In this document: in pieces, positions 1 through 10,100 of the stretch
Position numbering within the stretch: position 1 is the stretch's first letter
How the letters are laid out: the number at the start of each line of letters is the position of its first letter
DNA from: Candidatus Bipolaricaulota bacterium
GTDB taxonomy: Bacteria; Bipolaricaulota; Bipolaricaulia; UBA7950; UBA9294
Assembly (NCBI GenBank): GCA_018817505.1
Contig: JAHITR010000021.1
Span: 1,077-65,076 of the forward strand
Reading direction: 5' to 3'
Length of the DNA stretch: 64,000 bases
The notes under the pieces: model-generated
The model's database searches: none
Told to the model about the DNA's origin: nothing
What the model saw: the letters and a program-made list of their open reading frames with translations, nothing else
Position numbers and translations under genes: made by a program

Positions 1-732
1 GGCCGGCGCACCATGAAACGTGATGTCCATCTTGCGAGTGGCCGCGTATCCACCCATTCCAGGGAAGATTTCGCCGACAGAGCAACCGGTGACCAAGTGA
101 TGCCCGAGCAGCAAGTCCACATCGTCTACCACTCCGGCGGCGACCATGGAGCGTGCACCGCGAACGCCTTCCTCAGCGGGCTGGAAGATCAGTTTGACGG
201 TTCCCCTGATCTCTGACCGCAGCTCAGACATGAGGCTGGCAATGCCTAGCCCGATGGCGGCGTGTCCGTCATGTCCGCAGGCATGGCAAACGTTCTCATG
301 GATCGAGGCAAAGCCTTCTGCAGTGGGGCGATGGGACGGATGCTCGCTCTCTGCAAGATCGAGGGCATCAATGTCGAATCGCAATCCAACGACTGGGCCG
401 ACACCGTTTCTCAGGATTCCGACCACGCCATTCAGTCCGCCACGCATTGACTCAAGAAAGACTGGGTCAGCAGACTCATGCTGAGCGCGGACCCAGTGAG
501 ATTCAAGAATATCCTCAGGAGGCAAACCCATGCGAGCTTCTGGAGAACAGACATCACGTCCTGAGAGGACTTCATAACCAAGTCCGGTGAGCCGTTGAGC
601 GATCAGCGAGGCCGTTCTAAACTCAGTCCAGCCCGACTCTGCGTGCTTGTGAAAATCGCGGCGATCATACACCAACTGCTGCTCAGCAGCTTTCGCCAGC
701 GTGGCGATTCTCGCATCAACGGTTTCGTTCAT
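1..732 (-). CDS. M20-family amidohydrolase/peptidase (N-acyl-amino-acid amidohydrolase / hippurate-hydrolase-like); C-terminus runs off window start
   Basis: Manual minus-strand translation from ATG at 730-732 (GGAGG 5 nt upstream) gives MNETVDARIATLAKAAEQQLVYDRRDFHKHAESGWTEF...HENVCHACGHDGHAAIGLG..., an M20D-type metal-binding pattern. The ORF has no stop inside the window, so it is absent from the supplied ORF track. Confidence 0.7.
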   Translation of the reverse strand, partial: MNETVDARIATLAKAAEQQLVYDRRDFHKHAESGWTEFRTASLIAQRLTGLGYEVLSGRDVCSPEARMGLPPEDILESHWVRAQHESADPVFLESMRGGLNGVVGILRNGVGPVVGLRFDIDALDLAESEHPSHRPTAEGFASIHENVCHACGHDGHAAIGLGIASLMSELRSEIRGTVKLIFQPAEEGVRGARSMVAAGVVDDVDLLLGHHLVTGCSVGEIFPGMGGYAATRKMDITFHGAPA

Positions 733-809
733 TCAATCCTCCTGCTGTAGCCTACAGCATTTTTCCGTAACCTGCAGTAGTCGCAACCGTCGATCGTCAT
801 AGCAAACAG

Positions 810-1922
810 CTATCTTAGTTCGTGGATGAATCGGCCATTTTCGTAGATGAGCTTGTCGTCGGCCCAGATCTTTCCGCCTTGAGACAGATCGCAGACCATG
901 TCCCAATGGATGGCTGATACGTTGACGCTTCCTGTTTCGGGCATTCCACGCCCCAGTGCCATATGGAAGCTGCCGCCGATCTTCTCATCAAACAGTGTAT
1001 TGCCGGTGGCCCTCGTGATTCCGACGTTGGTTCCGATGGCGAATTCCCCTACGAAGCGAGCGCCTTCGTCTGTGTCGATGGTTTTGAGCAAGAAATCCTC
1101 TCCTTTGTCGGCTGTGGCCTTGACCACCTTGCCCTTCTCGAACCAGACATGCACGCCTTCCAGTGTTCGGCCTTGATAGGTGGTGGGATAGGAGAACCGA
1201 ACATGCCCTTCGACAGAATCCTCAACAGGCCCAGTGAATACCTCGCCGTCAGGCATGTTGCGTGTGCCGCAGCAGTTGACAAACGTTCTTCCCTCAATCG
1301 ACATGCGGAGATCAATATCTGGTCCTTCGACTCGCAGGGTACTTGCCTTGTCGAGATAGTCCACCACTTTCTGTTGCTGGACAGACACCTTCTTCCAGTA
1401 GCCGACGGGATCCTCCATATCAGGAAGGCAGGCGTTGTAGACGAAGTCCTCGTATTCAGTGAGGCTCATTTCGGCATCCTGGGCGGACGCATTCGTCGGG
1501 AACAGAGCCAGCGACCACGAGAAGTCGCCATCCGCTGTGCGTTTCATAATGGTTCCAAACAATTCACCTTGTGCTTGGCTGGCCAAGGCGACCTTCTCTG
1601 GTGGGATATTGCTCATCGCCTTGGTATTGAGAGGGCTCATGATATTGATGCTTGCGTCGAACGTCTCAAACGCCACTTTCATGGGCTCCGGAATGTGCTG
1701 AATTTGCTCATCGTTGCCGTACTTGAACAGGGATTCGCCGAGGCCGGGCAAGCCGATGAGCATCATCGGATACCCGCCTGCCTTTAGGATCTCAAGGTGG
1801 ATAGCCTTGAGAAGAGGCTCGGCAGCGGGGCTTCCCTGTATCAATACCTGGTCCTCCGGCTTCACGCTGATGGAGTACTGGACCAAGACCTGTGCAAGTT
1901 TCTCGACTCTTGGATCGGGCAT
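810..1922 (-). CDS. M29-family thermophilic-type aminopeptidase (AmpS/PepS-like)
   Basis: The ORF track protein (810..2165) resembles aminopeptidase T/S across its full length (e.g. ...GRTFVNCCGTRNMPDGEVFTGP..., ...FAIGTN...). The chosen internal ATG at 1920-1922 (MPDPRVEKL...) is preceded by AGGAGA and gives ~371 aa, the usual family length. The 5' extension to 2165 is probably non-coding. Confidence 0.8.
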   Translation of the reverse strand: MPDPRVEKLAQVLVQYSISVKPEDQVLIQGSPAAEPLLKAIHLEILKAGGYPMMLIGLPGLGESLFKYGNDEQIQHIPEPMKVAFETFDASINIMSPLNTKAMSNIPPEKVALASQAQGELFGTIMKRTADGDFSWSLALFPTNASAQDAEMSLTEYEDFVYNACLPDMEDPVGYWKKVSVQQQKVVDYLDKASTLRVEGPDIDLRMSIEGRTFVNCCGTRNMPDGEVFTGPVEDSVEGHVRFSYPTTYQGRTLEGVHVWFEKGKVVKATADKGEDFLLKTIDTDEGARFVGEFAIGTNVGITRATGNTLFDEKIGGSFHMALGRGMPETGSVNVSAIHWDMVCDLSQGGKIWADDKLIYENGRFIHELR

Positions 1923-2023
1923 GCGATTTCTCCTTAGGGCATTCATGTCGCGGTACGACCGCGCCTTCATACGTGATGGATCCGAGGGTATCGGTTCACT
2001 GAAACGGGCACAAGCGGTAGTTG

Positions 2024-2818
2024 CTATATCTCGATGAGGGCGAGATCGCGAGCCGTATGTAACGATTGCCCTGGAACCCAGCGGGCTACGCGCCGCGGAC
2101 CCTTTCCATAGGCAGTCGATGTGAATAGGGTGAGACAGCGATCGGCAAATGAGTAGAGCGGGCACGTCGGTTGATGCGAGCGGATGTGCACGACAACGTC
2201 CAACTGTGATGAGCGCTCCTCAAAGGCCGTTGGGCCAAACGACGGCCGTTTACCCACTGGAATCGCTTGACTGTCTTTATCCACCCAATCTCCCCAGGTG
2301 ATGGCCCTCCACGATTCACTCCCCAATGGGACATCGTCGATTGCTTCCAGTATCGGAAGATCAGGGAGCCCTCCGTGTGTGGCGAGGATGCCCGTGGGAT
2401 GCCAGGCCGCCAAGGGGAGCTTCTCCAGATGATGGGACAGCTGCCCGGATTGGTCCTCGCGAAGGCTGTCCCAGAAGTCCGCAGGCCTAAACGGAGAGAT
2501 GCTAAGAGCTTCGTGATTTCCCATCAATAGGTGCACATGATCCGGTGACTGAATCTTCTCTCGTGCGATGTGCGCAAGTGCACCCCTTGAATCCGGCCCG
2601 CGATCGACGATGTCTCCCAAGAACACAAGAACGCAATCGCTGCTTGGAAATTGCGTGCAGATGGTATCCACGGCGGTGTGGTCTCCGTGGATATCACCCA
2701 CATAAATCACCGGGAGATCGACTGGAAGACGCACCAGTCGAGGGCCTACATTCGATAGTGCTTCTTCCAGCAGGCGGATCAGCTCATGCGTGGCCTTGTC
2801 TGTTGCCCCTCTAGCCAC
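2024..2818 (-). CDS. calcineurin-like metallophosphoesterase (Ser/Thr phosphatase / ApaH-like)
   Basis: Motifs GDIHGD, GDIVDRG and GNHE are present in order. GTG start at 2816-2818 is preceded by AGGTAGGA. It sits 8 nt downstream of the previous gene on the same strand. Confidence 0.7.
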   Translation of the reverse strand: MARGATDKATHELIRLLEEALSNVGPRLVRLPVDLPVIYVGDIHGDHTAVDTICTQFPSSDCVLVFLGDIVDRGPDSRGALAHIAREKIQSPDHVHLLMGNHEALSISPFRPADFWDSLREDQSGQLSHHLEKLPLAAWHPTGILATHGGLPDLPILEAIDDVPLGSESWRAITWGDWVDKDSQAIPVGKRPSFGPTAFEERSSQLDVVVHIRSHQPTCPLYSFADRCLTLFTSTAYGKGPRRVARWVPGQSLHTARDLALIEI

Positions 2819-2826
2819 GGCGATTC

Positions 2827-3660
2827 CTACCTATTCGGGAATGCGGCAAGAGCCGCCTCGATGAGTGCAATTTGCTCATTGGCGAGCTCTTCCTCCTTGG
2901 CCTGGAAGTAGAGGCATCGTAAGAAATTGCGGGCATTGACGAAGCGGATGTGCACCTGCGGAAGCTCGCCCTCAAAACGAGCCTTGGGAACGACAAGGCC
3001 AAGCCAGTGCTCGATGGCCTCTGGAGGCCATACGTTGCGTTTGAACAGTTTGAGAACCGCCGCAGCCATCCTTGCATCTTCTTCGTGTGCATAGACTTCG
3101 CTATCTGGGCACATGGCTTGTGCTATAGCTTCCAGGAGATCAGTCATCGATTCGATGTGAAGTTCCGAACACTGAACGAGCTGCCCCACAGCATCCGCTG
3201 CGTGTGCGACGCCGTGCGCCCACCAGTTGTCAGCGGACACGTACCCACGATGATCCTTTTCCTCTCGCAGATACCGAGCCAGATCCGTAGACGTCTTCTT
3301 GATCTCGTCTACAGATAGGAACGGCTGCTTGCGATGCATGTAGAGCGTTGGGACGAGCAGCAGCACGACGAATGCTCTCAGGAATGCACTCTCAGTTCGG
3401 ACCTCGCCGATTCCGGAGAACAGCGTCGCGTCGTCAAGAAGCGCCAGATGGATCTCGCGCAATCCTTGCGCATCGACGGCTTCTGACACGATCCAACGGT
3501 GGAGAGTGCCATAGACATAGCGCTCTCGAAACTCGCCCTCGCTTTCTCCCAGCAAGGGAATCGAGTTCAGAATGAATTTCGTCGGATCAACCGTCTGAGG
3601 GACGGCGTACTCGTTCTTAGCGATGTCGAGAAACGTCTGTCGAATGGACGCGTTGACCAT
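2827..3660 (-). CDS. hypothetical protein (277 aa, helical), co-transcribed with the phosphoesterase
   Basis: Long clean ORF with an 8-nt gap to the downstream gene. No motif I can name with certainty. Confidence 0.5.
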   Translation of the reverse strand: MVNASIRQTFLDIAKNEYAVPQTVDPTKFILNSIPLLGESEGEFRERYVYGTLHRWIVSEAVDAQGLREIHLALLDDATLFSGIGEVRTESAFLRAFVVLLLVPTLYMHRKQPFLSVDEIKKTSTDLARYLREEKDHRGYVSADNWWAHGVAHAADAVGQLVQCSELHIESMTDLLEAIAQAMCPDSEVYAHEEDARMAAAVLKLFKRNVWPPEAIEHWLGLVVPKARFEGELPQVHIRFVNARNFLRCLYFQAKEEELANEQIALIEAALAAFPNR

Positions 3661-3776
3661 GAGGGCTCCTATTTCACTCTGGGATGAATGGGATCATCAT
3701 ACGTCCGTGGATCGAGCATTTCGATCCACGAACGAGTGAACGTGTCACACATGCGACCCACGAATGGTCGAATTCC

Positions 3777-4211
3777 TCAGGCTCCAAGCTGAGATGTGCA
3801 GTGAGGACAGCGCGTAGCCGCAAGCGCAATGGGAGACGCGCAGAACGGACAATCCTTGGTCGTTGGAGCTGCGACTTCGACGGGCTTTCCCATTCGCGCA
3901 GTCACGCGGACAAGCCAGAACATCACCAAGGCGATGATGAGGAACGTGACAATCGCATTGACGAATGAGCCGTAGTAGATAGCCGCTGCCCCCGCTTCTC
4001 GGGCTGCACTGGCCGAGGCAAAATCCTGATTGGAAAGATTGATGTACAGATTGGTGAAATCGACGCCACCGACCAGCTTGCCGATTACAGGCATGATTAG
4101 GTCACTAATGAACGACTTGACTACAGTCCCAAAGGCCGCACCCATAATGAAGGCCACAGCCAGTTGAAGCAGATTTCCCTTCAATATGAAGTCTCGAAAG
4201 TCTTTTCGCAT
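3777..4211 (-). CDS. mscL: large-conductance mechanosensitive channel MscL with C-terminal CxxC...CxxC zinc-ribbon tail
   Basis: Translation from ATG at 4209-4211 (GGAGGA RBS) begins MRKDFRDFILKGNLLQLAVAFIMGAAFG..., the canonical MscL N-terminus and TM1. The C-terminus is ...KDCPFCASPIALAATRCPHCTSQLGA. The track ORF extending to 4424 is an N-terminal over-extension. Confidence 0.85.
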   Translation of the reverse strand: MRKDFRDFILKGNLLQLAVAFIMGAAFGTVVKSFISDLIMPVIGKLVGGVDFTNLYINLSNQDFASASAAREAGAAAIYYGSFVNAIVTFLIIALVMFWLVRVTARMGKPVEVAAPTTKDCPFCASPIALAATRCPHCTSQLGA

Positions 4212-4312
4212 CTGATCCTCCTTCGGATAGGCCAATCCTTCTCTGTCACGCAAACGTATCATAGTCCTCTTGCGTTCGAGAATGAATCCTTGGATGGATC
4301 GGACTTTTCCCA

Positions 4313-4341
4313 TTGACGCCTTCTGCCAAATGCTGTAGGGT
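4313..4341 (+). promoter_or_regulatory. candidate sigma70-like promoter (TTGACG-N17-TAGGGT) for a leader RNA or the 4529 gene
   Basis: Sequence pattern only; the -10 element is weak. Confidence 0.25.
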
Positions 4342-4483
4342 AGTCGAGTCATGAACAGGGAACAGTGCGTAATGAGTGAATCGGGCTTGCTTGAGATCCA
4401 GCCCAGTTCTCTTTTCCTGAACACGACGACGAACTAGCCCGCCCGTAGGCAGCCTCGGCTGCATTGCGGGGTGGGCGTGACGA

Positions 4484-4511
4484 CTACAGGCTTAACGCCT
4501 GTAGTTTTTTT
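4484..4511 (+). terminator. intrinsic terminator/attenuator hairpin (8-bp stem ctacaggc/gcctgtag, 5-nt loop, T7 run) 18 nt upstream of the 4529 start codon
   Basis: Perfect inverted repeat followed by TTTTTTT on the plus strand. No upstream plus-strand gene, so it likely belongs to a leader or small RNA. Confidence 0.45.
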
Positions 4512-4528
4512 GTTGGAAAGGAGACGAC

Positions 4529-5014
4529 ATGAATGCTGTGAGCTGGAATCCAGAAATCCTTCTTGTGCGTGGATCTGACATGCAGTCGTCGCTTGCAGAT
4601 GTGATCTCAGAGGCGAAGAGGCGACAGGGATTACGGATTCGAATGGAAAGGTCGCAGGCTAGGGCGATATTGGGGTCAATCGGTTGTGGGGCCGTATCCG
4701 GTGGTCAGTTCCGAGAAGGTTGTGTCAAGGCTGTCGAGCTGGGCATGCAGCCGTTGCCTCAGAAGGCCCGCGTGCTGGCAGAGATACACCGACGAATCGA
4801 CCGCTTGTCTGAAACTGCTGAGGGTTCAGGTTCTTGGCAATCCGGCTTGGCGTCGATCATCAGCTTCGCGGGTGCGTGGGCGCTAGCCGCTCGATTGATG
4901 CGAGCGGGCCTGAGTGTCTGCATTCGCGAGGAAAACCCAAGCGCTCAATTCACTGGTTGTGCCGTTCAGGAAAGGGCCGATGTGGAACTTGTCATTCCCA
5001 TCGGCCCTGCATAG
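4529..5014 (+). CDS. hypothetical protein (161 aa)
   Basis: ORF with GGAAAGGAG RBS 6 nt upstream of ATG. No recognisable domain. Confidence 0.4.
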   Translation: MNAVSWNPEILLVRGSDMQSSLADVISEAKRRQGLRIRMERSQARAILGSIGCGAVSGGQFREGCVKAVELGMQPLPQKARVLAEIHRRIDRLSETAEGSGSWQSGLASIISFAGAWALAARLMRAGLSVCIREENPSAQFTGCAVQERADVELVIPIGPA

Positions 5015-5019
5015 AGGAT

Positions 5020-6291
5020 CTAGGCCGTGGTTTGCTTGTCTTTACCAAGGCGATCGATCACGTTGATCAGGCGATCCGCCAAATCGGGTTCGACTTGCCT
5101 CAGCGATGACATGAACGCGCCTAGATTGGCGCCACCATTGGCTGAGAACAAATCGAGGAAACTGTCTACCTTCCCCGTTGAGACAAGCTTCAAGTCCGCG
5201 TGTTGCAGCGCTTTAGCCAACTCCAGGCCCACTTTCTCGTCCTTCTCGATATTACGGAAGGATCGGCCTGCTTCCTGCAACCTGTTAAGGGCTTCAGCAC
5301 GTTTGGAAATGGCCTCTGCTTCAGCCATTCCCTTGCTACGGGTGACTTCAGCCTCAGCCAAACCAATGATGCGTGTTCCTTCTCCCTCAGCTTCCCTTTT
5401 TAGGATGACAGATTGGCGCTCACCCTGAGCGCGCTCGATGGCCGCATCGCGCTCAATTTCCGCCGCTCGAACCTTGCGGATACGTTCGACTTCCATTTCT
5501 TCGGTGGCCACCTTTTGTTGCGAAACAAACACCCGTTGCTCTTTCTCGCGATTGCGGACACCAATGGCTTCTGCTGCCTGCGATTCTCGCATCTCAGATG
5601 CCTGGGTGTTCTCCGCTTCCACGACACGAGCTTCCCTTTCCTTCACAGCGACAATTTGGCGGCTTTCAGAGTTGATTTCTGCTTCTCGCTTCCTGGCGAT
5701 GTCGGAAATCACCGAATTGTCAGGAGCATCTGTAATATCCACAATCCCAACATTGGTGATGATGCAGCCATACTCGTCCATGTCGGCAGATAGGGCATGC
5801 TGAAGCTTCGACGCGATTTCGTCCTTCTTCTCAATAATGTCCTCTGCAGCGAAGGCCGTGGTTGTGTTTCGGATGGCGTTCTCCATCAATTCCTTCACGC
5901 CGGTTACGAAGTCATCGACGCTCCGGCCAGGCCAGCGCTGAGCAGACTTGAGAGGATCTGTCACCCGCACGAAGACGGATGCCGTGAGTGTGAAGCGAGC
6001 CGTCCGTGCTGCGAATGTCACCATCTCAGGAACTCTCAACTCCAACACGCTCAAGGGAACCTGTGTGACGTCCATCCCCACCCAGGGGACCCAGCTGGGG
6101 AAGTAATAGTAGGTTGTACCGCGAATTCCTTCGATCTCCGCCGTGCCCGAATACACGACGACTTTCTTGCGCTTGATGACGACGTGTGCTTCGTGTCTCG
6201 GGACGACGCGCCGTTGCCTGGGTAGACTCAGAACCACCCACAAAACGATGATGACAACACCGGCAAGAATGAGCAGAGATGTGAGCTGCAC
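5020..6291 (-). CDS. flotillin-like SPFH/band-7 membrane protein (YqiK/FloA family)
   Basis: N-terminal TM segment (LLILAGVVIIVLWVVL) followed by an SPFH domain and a long E/A/R-rich coiled-coil flotillin repeat region. Confidence 0.8.
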   Translation of the reverse strand: MQLTSLLILAGVVIIVLWVVLSLPRQRRVVPRHEAHVVIKRKKVVVYSGTAEIEGIRGTTYYYFPSWVPWVGMDVTQVPLSVLELRVPEMVTFAARTARFTLTASVFVRVTDPLKSAQRWPGRSVDDFVTGVKELMENAIRNTTTAFAAEDIIEKKDEIASKLQHALSADMDEYGCIITNVGIVDITDAPDNSVISDIARKREAEINSESRQIVAVKEREARVVEAENTQASEMRESQAAEAIGVRNREKEQRVFVSQQKVATEEMEVERIRKVRAAEIERDAAIERAQGERQSVILKREAEGEGTRIIGLAEAEVTRSKGMAEAEAISKRAEALNRLQEAGRSFRNIEKDEKVGLELAKALQHADLKLVSTGKVDSFLDLFSANGGANLGAFMSSLRQVEPDLADRLINVIDRLGKDKQTTA

Positions 6292-6456
6292 GTGCCCTCC
6301 TTCGTTCGCTTATGAATTGGCAAGTGGAACGCATTACAACATGATATGCGCAGTATAGCCGATATTCATTCTGACTGTACAACCGAGGGTGGATGACATG
6401 ATTCAGGGTTTTCCGTATTACACGAAATGCGATCGTTCTTCTTGTATACTACGGCC

Positions 6457-6891
6457 ATGGCCACACTGGAAGATGTTGCGCGATTCCTCGGATTATCGAA
6501 AAGCGCTGTTAGGAACCGAGTGAATGCCTTGGGGGAGACGTTGGACGCCTATCTCTCTCGAGGCGAACGAAACCGCCTCATTTTCGAAGGCGAAGCCGTG
6601 GCGATCCTTCGCCGACTTGAAGAGCTTCGCGAGAGCGAAGGCCTGCTGATTCAAGAAGCAGCCGAGCGACTCAAATGGGAGCTGTCATATACTGAACAGC
6701 CACCTGGTGTCTATATCATGCTGCCCGCAGAAGTTGAATCATCGGTGTTGAAGGAAGTTGTCCAGGAACTCTGTGATGAGCGCGATCATTGGCGCAGCTA
6801 TGCCAAGATGCTTCAATCCGTACTTCCGAATAGTCTCAAATGGCTGACCAACATCAGTCCAACGGGTCCCTCTGACCGTCGGCTCAATTAG
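6457..6891 (+). CDS. small helix-turn-helix DNA-binding protein (excisionase/MerR-superfamily-type HTH)
   Basis: MATLEDVARFLGLSKSAVRNRVNAL... is a typical HTH. The ATG at 6457 lies 7 nt after TATACT, suggesting a leaderless start. The track start at 6427 would add the implausible MRSFFLYTTA. Confidence 0.5.
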   Translation: MATLEDVARFLGLSKSAVRNRVNALGETLDAYLSRGERNRLIFEGEAVAILRRLEELRESEGLLIQEAAERLKWELSYTEQPPGVYIMLPAEVESSVLKEVVQELCDERDHWRSYAKMLQSVLPNSLKWLTNISPTGPSDRRLN

Positions 6892-7057
6892 CCTCTCTGA
6901 ATACACCACAAACCCACATGAGCTGCTGCCTGTATGGGCCCCCTGTGCCCATTAGAGACAAAAGACCAACCCGACGGCTTCATCTCTCCGACGGGCAGCC
7001 TGATCATTGAGGACGTCCATCCACGCTGTTGTCAACCCCACCCCAGCGTGCCCAAGT

Positions 7058-7103
7058 TCGCCACGAAGAAACAACAGAGAGCAAGTAGGGAGACTTGCTC
7101 TCT
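7058..7103 (-). terminator. intrinsic terminator for the SHMT-GcvT gene (11-bp perfect stem agagagcaagt/acttgctctct, 6-nt loop, U-rich tail on minus strand)
   Basis: Perfect inverted repeat at 7076-7103. The plus-strand A-rich tract 7060-7075 becomes a U-tract on the minus strand. Located ~60 nt past the stop at 7166. Confidence 0.5.
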
Positions 7104-7165
7104 GTCTAGCGAATGACACCTTTTGTGACGTGTGCCTTTCACGGCGGCACAGCTTCCATTACGAC

Positions 7166-10100
7166 TTACTCGTCCTCTGTCCTCGCGATGAGGCCACGTG
7201 CTCGAAATCGAGGGAGCACTGTGCCAGCAATAGGCAGCGTCATTCGATCGCCCAGCTGGAGTTCCTCAGACAGTGTCGCCGTCTGCTGCCCGCGCGGCGG
7301 ATTAATCAATGCGAGTGTTGTGCCAGGCTCTGTGGCTAGCTGATTGACAAGCGCCAATCCGACCTGCACGTCACTGAGGCTTACACAACTGGTGACATGT
7401 CCAATGACGGTTCCAGCACGATCAAGAACCGCGGCACCCGCTTGTACTCGACGCGCACCAGCCTCAATCTCAAATCGAATGAGGGACCGTCTGCGCTCGA
7501 CGTAGTCGGCGATGCATTGGGCTCGACCGATGAAGAAGGGCTTGTGGAGCTTCACATATGAGCCGAATCCAGCTTCAAATGGATTCATCGCGTATGGGCC
7601 GGCCAGTTCATGGCCATAGAGAGGGAGTCCAGCTTCAGTGCGGGTGGAGTCGCGAGAAGCCAGTCCGCACGGAAGCAGTCCATAGGCTTTGCCCACTTCT
7701 AGCAACCGATTCCATAGCCAGACGACGGAAGCGCCACCGACGTAAATCTCGTAGCCTTCTTCTTCTCCCGTGTACCCGGTCCGCGCGATGATCAATTGAT
7801 GCCCCTCGACGTCCATTTCACTGAATTCAGTTCGTTGCAGAGCAGCCAAAGCTCTCTTCTGATCCGCGGACAGCAACTCAGCAAGAATCCTCGGGCTAGC
7901 AGGTCCTTGTAAAGCAATATCTGCGACGCCGCGAGTCTTCTTCAGGTCTGTAATCTGGACTCTTTTGGGGCGACGACTTGCGATTTCTCGATCGATGGCA
8001 TAGATGCCGTCATTCACGCCATTGAGCCACTTCCAATCCTTGCGCTCGTTGGCGGCATTGACAACGACGAGATAGCGATCCCAGGCGCGGCGATAGATGA
8101 AGATGTCGTCGAGAACCTTGCCATCGATGTCCAATAGATACGCATATTGCGACTGGCCATCTTGAAGCCACGAAACATAGCTGGAACAGACCGTATTGAG
8201 GAACGCGGCAGCGTGGGGGCCAGAGATCTGCAATACTCCCATGTGGCCAAGATCATAGAGCCCAGCCGCTTCACGAACAGCTCGATGTTCCTCAAGCGCG
8301 GAGCTATACCAAACAGGCATCTCCCAGCCAGCGAATGGAACCAGTCGAGCCCCCAAATCCTTGTGGGCCTGAACAAGCGGCGTCCGTTCGAGCTCCCCGC
8401 CCTCAGCTTCTTCCCAGAGCCACGGCGTATGGTCGATTGTTCTATGAGCTACGGTGAGTTTCGATTGAGCGACAAAATACGGTTTCTCAAGATTGAATCT
8501 CTCTGGGGATCGAGCATAAACATCATTGATCGAGAGCCCGTTGCTGGATCCGAGAATGGGAATGCTCAGCCACTCCTGTCCGATCGGGGGCACGTCGGCT
8601 TCCGCAAGGATCTCAACCACCGCAGGGCCCTGAACTTTGCGGAATACGTCTCCTTCATCAAATATGATATAGCCATCCGCCAATCCGGATAGCCATTGTC
8701 GTACGATGTCTTCAGATTCAGCTGGAGCGAGAACGAGGAAGTCATCTGCCTCAAGTTGACCAATTACGACCTCAGACAGAAGCATTCCCGCCTCATCAAA
8801 CAAGTAGGTGCGAAGCGAATCCCCATTTTGGAACGACGACAGATCAGAAGGAGTCGCCTCCTCCAGCAGAGCTTGGATCCTACCACCATACATGCGGAAG
8901 ATGGCCCATGAAGATTCTTCATTGGCAAAAGAGGGGGTCTCGGCATAGAGGGTTGGATCAATGCGGGTTATCAATGCGCGAACGTCGCGCTTGGCCTGCT
9001 CAAGAACGGAAACGGCAATCTTGCCACGCGAAAGCGGACTGGAAAGGCCCTGATAAGTGAACGGGCGAATACCGCGCAAAACACGGGCAATGATGCCAGC
9101 GAGCAGTTTCATTTCTGTCTTGCCCATGCCGCGTTGCGTGATCCACGGAGTTCCCAATCGAATGCCGTGGGCATCGGCTGCGCTGGTGTCTCCTGGTAGC
9201 GTGTTTTTGTTGCACACGATGCCTGCCAAGTCGAGAATCCGAGACGCAATCTCACCCATCATTACGAAACCTGTCTCAGACTCGATGGGGCGCAGGTCAA
9301 CGAGCAGCAAATGGGTATTGGTTCCCCCATAGGCCAAGGTCAGGCCTTCGGCCTCAAGCGAGGCAGCAAGGAAGCCTGCATTCTCAACGATGCGGCGCTG
9401 CAGATCCTGGTACTCAGGCTGCTGTGCCAGCTTGAGTGCGACCGCCAGTGCAGCGAATTTATTGACGTGGGGTCCTCCCTGCTGCCCTGGGAAGATGGCG
9501 CTGTCTACGGCTGCAGCAATTTTGGAGTCTGTGGATAGAATGACAGCGCTACGCGGGCCGCAGAGCGTCTTATGAGTGGTGAAATTGACGACATCAGCGA
9601 TGCCAATCGGGTTCGGATATTGCCCCCCGATGATGAGTCCCGCTGTGTGCGCGACATCGGCAAGGAGGATGGCTCCCACAGAGTCAGCGATTTCGCGAAA
9701 CGCATGCCAGTCGGGCTGCCAAGGATAGGAGGTGAAGCCGCCAATGATCATTTTGGGGCGATGCTTCTCAGCAAGCTTGCGAATGGCTTCGTAGTCGAGC
9801 TGTCCCGTATTTGGGTCGACCGCATAGGAAACGATGTTGTATCGCTTGCCAGTAATGTTGAATTCGGATCCGTGTGTCAAGTGTCCGCCTTCAGTCAATG
9901 CCATACCCATGACCGTATCTCCAGGCGAGACAAAGGCATCGTAGACCGCCAGATTGGCCGCTGCTCCGGACAAGGCTTGCACGTTGGCGAAGATGCGCTC
10001 TGCCGGATACTCGTCTGTAGCGAAACATTCAGCAGCGCGGCGACCTGCGAGCGACTCCACGACATCTGCGAATTCGGTGCCTTTGTAGAATCGGCGATCG

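Noticed and set aside
963-1787. 274-aa plus-strand ORF inside the aminopeptidase gene
   Set aside because: It is antisense to a well-supported M29 aminopeptidase CDS. No RBS is present, and the translated sequence is low-complexity, GC-frame-typical noise.
3777-4424. ORF-track N-terminal extensions (MscL to 4424; aminopeptidase to 2165; SHMT-GcvT to 10654; hypothetical to 11537)
   Set aside because: Homology or RBS-supported starts lie well inside these ORFs (MRKDFRDF for MscL, MPDPRVEK for the aminopeptidase, MKEMEV/MSPYSD for SHMT). The upstream extensions lack coding signal.
5027-5803. Plus-strand ORFs (133, 126, 121 aa) antisense to the flotillin gene
   Set aside because: They overlap a well-supported SPFH/flotillin CDS. 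The flotillin's E/A/R-rich repeat region generates complementary low-complexity ORFs.
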